A stretch of 64,000 nt of DNA, from contig OX597817.1 of assembly GCA_951406725.2 (NCBI GenBank), positions 40,734,001 to 40,798,000 on the forward strand. The letters are read 5' to 3'. Each line of letters starts with the position of its first letter. Position 1 is the stretch's first letter. The notes under the pieces were generated by a model. The model ran no database searches and had not been told where the DNA came from. It saw nothing but the letters and a program-made list of their open reading frames with translations. The DNA is from Octopus vulgaris (lineage: Eukaryota). This document shows positions 62,359 through 64,000 of this stretch, piece by piece. The position numbers and the translations under genes are program-made.

Positions 62359-63418
62359 GTCGCCATTACGATTTACGGTTCCCAATTTTTAGACTTCCTT
62401 TCTTCTCCAACAGCGGCTTCCGGCTTTCATATTCGCAGCAAGTTGCAAAAACATTTTATCCCATTATCTTTCGTACCTCATTCGTTACTATTGTTAAACG
62501 TCTGTACTCATACAATAACTGCTTCGTTTTTCCTATCTTTTCTCTACGAAATTTAACCCTTTAATCCTTCAATCCTTCAATTCCATCTTTTCCGCCATTC
62601 GTCTTCTTCTTTTCTTCTTCTTCTTCTTAGTCGCCATTACGATTTACGGTTCCCAATTTTTAGACTTCCTTTCTTCTCCAACAGCGGCTTCCGGCTTTCA
62701 TACTCGCAGCAAGTTGCAAAAACATTTTATCCCATTATCTTTCGTACCTCATTCGTTACTATTGTTAAACGTCTGTACTCATACAATAACTGCTTCGTTT
62801 TTCCTATCTTTTCTCTACGAAATTTAACCCTTTAATCCTTCAATCCTTAATTTCCATCTTTTCCGCCATTCGTCTTCTTCTTTCTTCTTCTTCTTCTTCT
62901 TCTTAGTCGCCATTACGATTTACGGTTCCCAATTTTTAGACTTCCTTTCTTCTCCAACAGCGGCTTCCGGCTTTCATATTCGCAGCAAGTTGCAAAAACA
63001 TTTTATCCCATTATCTTTCGTACCTCATTCGTTACTATTGTTAAACGTCTGTACTCATACAATAACTGCTTCGTTTTTCCTATCTTTTCTCTACGAAATT
63101 TAATCCTTCAATCCTTCAATTCCATCTTTTCCGCCATTCGTCTTCTTCTTTTCTTCTTCTTCTTCTTCTTCTTAGTCGCCATTTGATTTACGGTTCCCAA
63201 TTTTTAGACTTCCTTTCTTCTCCAACAGCGGCTTCCGGCTTTCATATTCGCAGCAAGTTGCAAAAACATTTTATCCCATTATCTTTCGTACCTCATTCGT
63301 TACTATTGTTAAACGTCTGTACTCATACAATAACTGCTTCGTTTTTCCTATCTTTTCTCTACGAAATTTAACCCTTTAATCCTTCAATCCTTCAATTTCC
63401 ATCTTTTCCGCCATTCGT

Positions 63419-63449
<31 letters not shown>

Positions 63450-63696
63450 GTCGCCATTACGATTTACGGTTCCCAATTTTTAGACTTCCTTTCTTCTCCA
63501 ACAGCGGCTTCCGGCTTTCATATTCGCAGCAAGTTGCAAAAACATTTTATCCCATTATCTTTCGTACCTCATTCGTTACTATTGTTAAACGTCTGTACTC
63601 ATACAATAACTGCTTCGTTTTTCCTCCTATCTTTTCTCTACGAAATTTAACCCTTTAATCCTTCAATCCTTCAATTCCATCTTTTCCGCCATTCGT

Positions 63697-63727
<31 letters not shown>

Positions 63728-64000
63728 GTCGCCATTACGATTTACGGTTCCCAATTTTTAGACTTCCTTTCTTCTCCAACAGCGGCTTCCGGCTTTCATA
63801 TTCGCAGCAAGTTGCAAAAACATTTTATCCCATTATCTTTCGTACCTCATTCGTTACTATTGTTAAACGTCTGTACTCATACAATAACTGCTTCGTTTTT
63901 CCTATCTTTTCTCTACGAAATTTAACCCTTTAATCCTTCAATCCTTAATTTCCATCTTTTCCGCCATTCGTCTTCTTCTTCTTCTTCTTCTTCTTCTTCT
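61747..64000. repeat. Tandem satellite, ~268-279-bp monomer, 8 full units plus a partial unit running off the window
   Basis: Monomer starts at ~61747, 62018, 62292, 62567, 62838, 63106, 63382, 63661 and 63936. Units are nearly identical except for (CTT)n length and small indels. Confidence 0.97.

Noticed and set aside
61747-64000. CRISPR array or hammerhead-encoding satellite (newt/schistosome type)
   Set aside because: Monomers are identical throughout with no unique spacers, and I found no CUGANGA core on either strand of the monomer.

Overview
Eukaryotic, AT-rich, repeat-dense genomic DNA. The SINE and microsatellite landscape suggests a coleoid cephalopod such as Octopus (inference from recalled repeat families). 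The window lies inside a + strand sortilin (SORT1-like, Vps10p-domain receptor) gene. I assembled 17 GT-AG coding exons by hand (1020-52319, 1908 nt, 636 codons, all splice phases consistent) covering the Vps10 beta-propeller and the 10CC module; the signal/propeptide exon and the transmembrane/cytoplasmic exons were not found. Introns contain two CR1/L2-like LINEs, an RTE LINE plus many RTE 3' ends, a Tc1 fossil, piggyBac and pogo-like MITEs, non-autonomous Helitrons, at least three tRNA-derived SINE families, and a ~274-bp satellite at the right end. The most striking unannotated system is a set of Penelope-like retroelement (PLE) remnants inserted in (TA)n tracts, several with inverted pseudo-LTR fold-backs (one spanning 4.4 kb). 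They carry hammerhead-ribozyme motifs with palindromic stem III and often a much enlarged stem II; one copy (59834-59919, - strand) looks fully intact. Repeat boundaries are approximate unless TIR/TSD positions are given; no database searches or folding programs were run.
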